From contig CBDEFO010000006.1 in the NCBI GenBank assembly GCA_965237525.1, positions 256,001-320,000 of the forward strand: DNA of 64,000 nt, in the 5' to 3' direction. A program made the translations under genes and the position numbers. A model generated the notes under the pieces. That model was not told the DNA's origin. It did not search any database and worked only from the letters and a program-made list of their open reading frames with translations. The stretch's first letter is position 1, and each line of letters opens with the position of its first letter. The DNA comes from Candidatus Latescibacterota bacterium (lineage in GTDB: Bacteria > Latescibacterota > CBDEFO01). Shown here piece after piece: positions 62,035 through 64,000 of this stretch.

Positions 62035-63870
62035 TTACGGTGTAGCATCAACTGTACTCTGCTCGCCGAGTTTAGCTATGACGTTGTCTATGATGCTGAG
62101 GTTGCGGGCTGCCTCAGCGTAGTTAGGATCAAGCTTGAGGGCAGTCTGATACGCTATCTGCGCCGATTCTAAATACCCAAGCCTTGCGTAGCAGGTAGCT
62201 ATGTTGGACATCGCGACTTTGTCTGTAGGATCTCTCCTGATGCATTCTTCGTATAAGTCGATAGCTTTCTCATACTTTTTGAGCCTGACGCAGATGCTTC
62301 CAGTCTCTCTGTAAACTTCAGCACTTTCGGGCCCTAAAGACACTAACTTGTCAATCTCTTCCAAAGCCTCCTGGTGCGCCCCTTGGTGGAGTTTCAGCTT
62401 CACAAGATTCAGACGTGCCCACTCGTGATCCGTATTAAGCTCAAGTGCCTTTTTAATTTTTAGATCAGCACTATCTATTTCACCTTTCGTAAGGAGGATG
62501 TATCCCCAACTATTATAGGCGTCGGGATTATCAGGATTCATCTTTATGGCTTTTTCGTACTGTTTTATTGCCTCATCGAATCTGTTCCCATTTTTGTGCA
62601 GATCACCCAACTTTACAAAGGCGAAATCATCGGCTATTCCGGCATCGACAGCACTTTCAAGCATAAGCTGGGCGCCTGCAAAATCCTCCGTCTCATTGTA
62701 ACACAGAAAAAGGTTCTTGTAGGAGTTGAGATACTGGTCGTCCTGGGTAATAGCATTCTTCAGATAATCTATAGCCTTTTCGTAGTCTCCTAAAAGCCGG
62801 TAGCACAGACCGATATTATTCTTGACAATTCCCTGGAATGACCACGTGTCCACAATGTAAGTCTCGAGATTTGGAGGACTTTCTTCCTCTGTTTCTCTCT
62901 GTCTAAGGTACTTTCGGTACATATTTATAGCGTCGTCGTAGCGCTTTTGCTTAAAATAGATGCCTCCAAGGGTGAATAGCAGATCGAGGTTTCGGTGTTC
63001 CTTATCTAGACCTTCTTTACAGAGCGCTTCGCCCTCGTCCAAGCGTTCACTCATAAGGCAGCAGTAGGCCGTGTCATAGAGGATCATAAGATAGGTTCCT
63101 GCTGTATCCTTTTGGTAGGGCTTAAGAGAAAGAGCGTGCATCCCATTTTCGACAACCGTGTCAAACTCTCTTTTGTTGCGGTAGATGCGATTGAGGTTGT
63201 ACCACGCAAAGATGTTGTTGGGATCTTCTTCTATCTGGTTTTCGAGGAGCTTCTGGCTCCTTTCGTATTTTGCCTCCATCTTCTCTTTAGAAAGATGGTA
63301 GCCATAGTGGTATATGCGTATCTCCGTATGAGCAACGGCTCCTTCGACAATAATCCAATTGTGAACTATGCCTTCGTAGTGGGCTTTTCCTCTCCCGTAG
63401 AGCCTCTGGGAATACCCTTTGGAAAGGCCATCTGGCATATGATTGTATACGGCAACGAAGACTCCGTTGTAGAGGTCCGAATTGATCGTCCTCCTCAAAA
63501 GAGGAATATCTTCCTGTTCAAGCTCCTCGTCTGCATCTATCGTCAGTATCCAGTCACAGGTGGCATACGAAAGAGAGTGATTTCTGGCCTCTGAAAAGTC
63601 ATCGTTCCAGGGGTGATGATAGACTTTAGCTTTATAGCTTTCGGCTATCTCCACCGTGCGATCTGACGAACCCGTATCTACGACTATTATCTCGTCCACA
63701 GCGTCCTTGATACTCTCAAGGCATCTGGGCAAAAACTCCTCTCCGTCTTTAACGATCATACAGGCAGATAGAGTTGCCCCAAAAGATGATAAAGAATCTT
63801 TCTTCTTTCCTATCTTCTTGACCGGCTTTAGCTCCTTTATACTTTTTATCTTTCTATATTGTTTATGCAC
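62035..63870 (-). CDS. GT2 glycosyltransferase with TPR repeats
   Basis: LSACMIVKDGE, VDTGSSD, IDADE; TPRs. Confidence 0.92.
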   Translation of the reverse strand: MHKQYRKIKSIKELKPVKKIGKKKDSLSSFGATLSACMIVKDGEEFLPRCLESIKDAVDEIIVVDTGSSDRTVEIAESYKAKVYHHPWNDDFSEARNHSLSYATCDWILTIDADEELEQEDIPLLRRTINSDLYNGVFVAVYNHMPDGLSKGYSQRLYGRGKAHYEGIVHNWIIVEGAVAHTEIRIYHYGYHLSKEKMEAKYERSQKLLENQIEEDPNNIFAWYNLNRIYRNKREFDTVVENGMHALSLKPYQKDTAGTYLMILYDTAYCCLMSERLDEGEALCKEGLDKEHRNLDLLFTLGGIYFKQKRYDDAINMYRKYLRQRETEEESPPNLETYIVDTWSFQGIVKNNIGLCYRLLGDYEKAIDYLKNAITQDDQYLNSYKNLFLCYNETEDFAGAQLMLESAVDAGIADDFAFVKLGDLHKNGNRFDEAIKQYEKAIKMNPDNPDAYNSWGYILLTKGEIDSADLKIKKALELNTDHEWARLNLVKLKLHQGAHQEALEEIDKLVSLGPESAEVYRETGSICVRLKKYEKAIDLYEECIRRDPTDKVAMSNIATCYARLGYLESAQIAYQTALKLDPNYAEAARNLSIIDNVIAKLGEQSTVDATP

Positions 63871-63951
63871 TACGGCTCTATCTAAGTCGATGCCTGAGAC
63901 AACATACAGGGAGGGGAGGATGTTCCTGTCTACTACCTACTGTTTACTCAT

Positions 63952-64000
63952 TTACGGTGTAGCATCAACTGTACTCTGCTCGCCGAGTTTAGCTATGATG
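63952..64000 (-). CDS. 3' end of a further TPR paralog that extends beyond the window
   Basis: Encodes ..IIAKLGEQSTVDATP*, nearly identical to the end of 62035-63870. Confidence 0.8.
   Translation of the reverse strand, partial: IIAKLGEQSTVDATP

Overview
Bacterial chromosomal window. The secreted FlgD-Ig-tailed proteins and overall gene content tentatively suggest a Latescibacterota-like lineage (inference only). Housekeeping genes: nrdR-nrdJ with tandem NrdR boxes, rng/rne-rplU-rpmA-mdh, a decayed sdhCD and ggt. These are interleaved with a heavily rearranged accessory region (about 14.7-33 kb) and a 15-kb tandem array of GT2-TPR and FkbM-TPR genes interrupted by one IS. Main observations: (1) a ~480-nt ORF-free, nested-helix candidate large ncRNA at 37850-38326 on the minus strand, with its own promoter, a terminator/antiterminator before the RNase E/G gene, and a degenerate partial copy at 2340-2420. 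(2) A ~320-bp junction (3' end of a Gfo/Idh/MocA gene, intergenic DNA and the 5' end of a YtoQ-family gene) repeated four times plus fragments, each copy separating unrelated cargo that carries attC-like remnants, with no integrase in the window. The same direct repeat-cargo-direct repeat pattern recurs at three other loci. (3) A UGA-split UGSC-type selenoprotein with a Sec-Cys motif, a SECIS-like hairpin and an Obg C-terminal-like insertion. (4) Catalytic-domain swapping on a shared TPR scaffold. (5) A self-nesting ~21-bp palindromic repeat family. All calls are by eye; no database searches were run.
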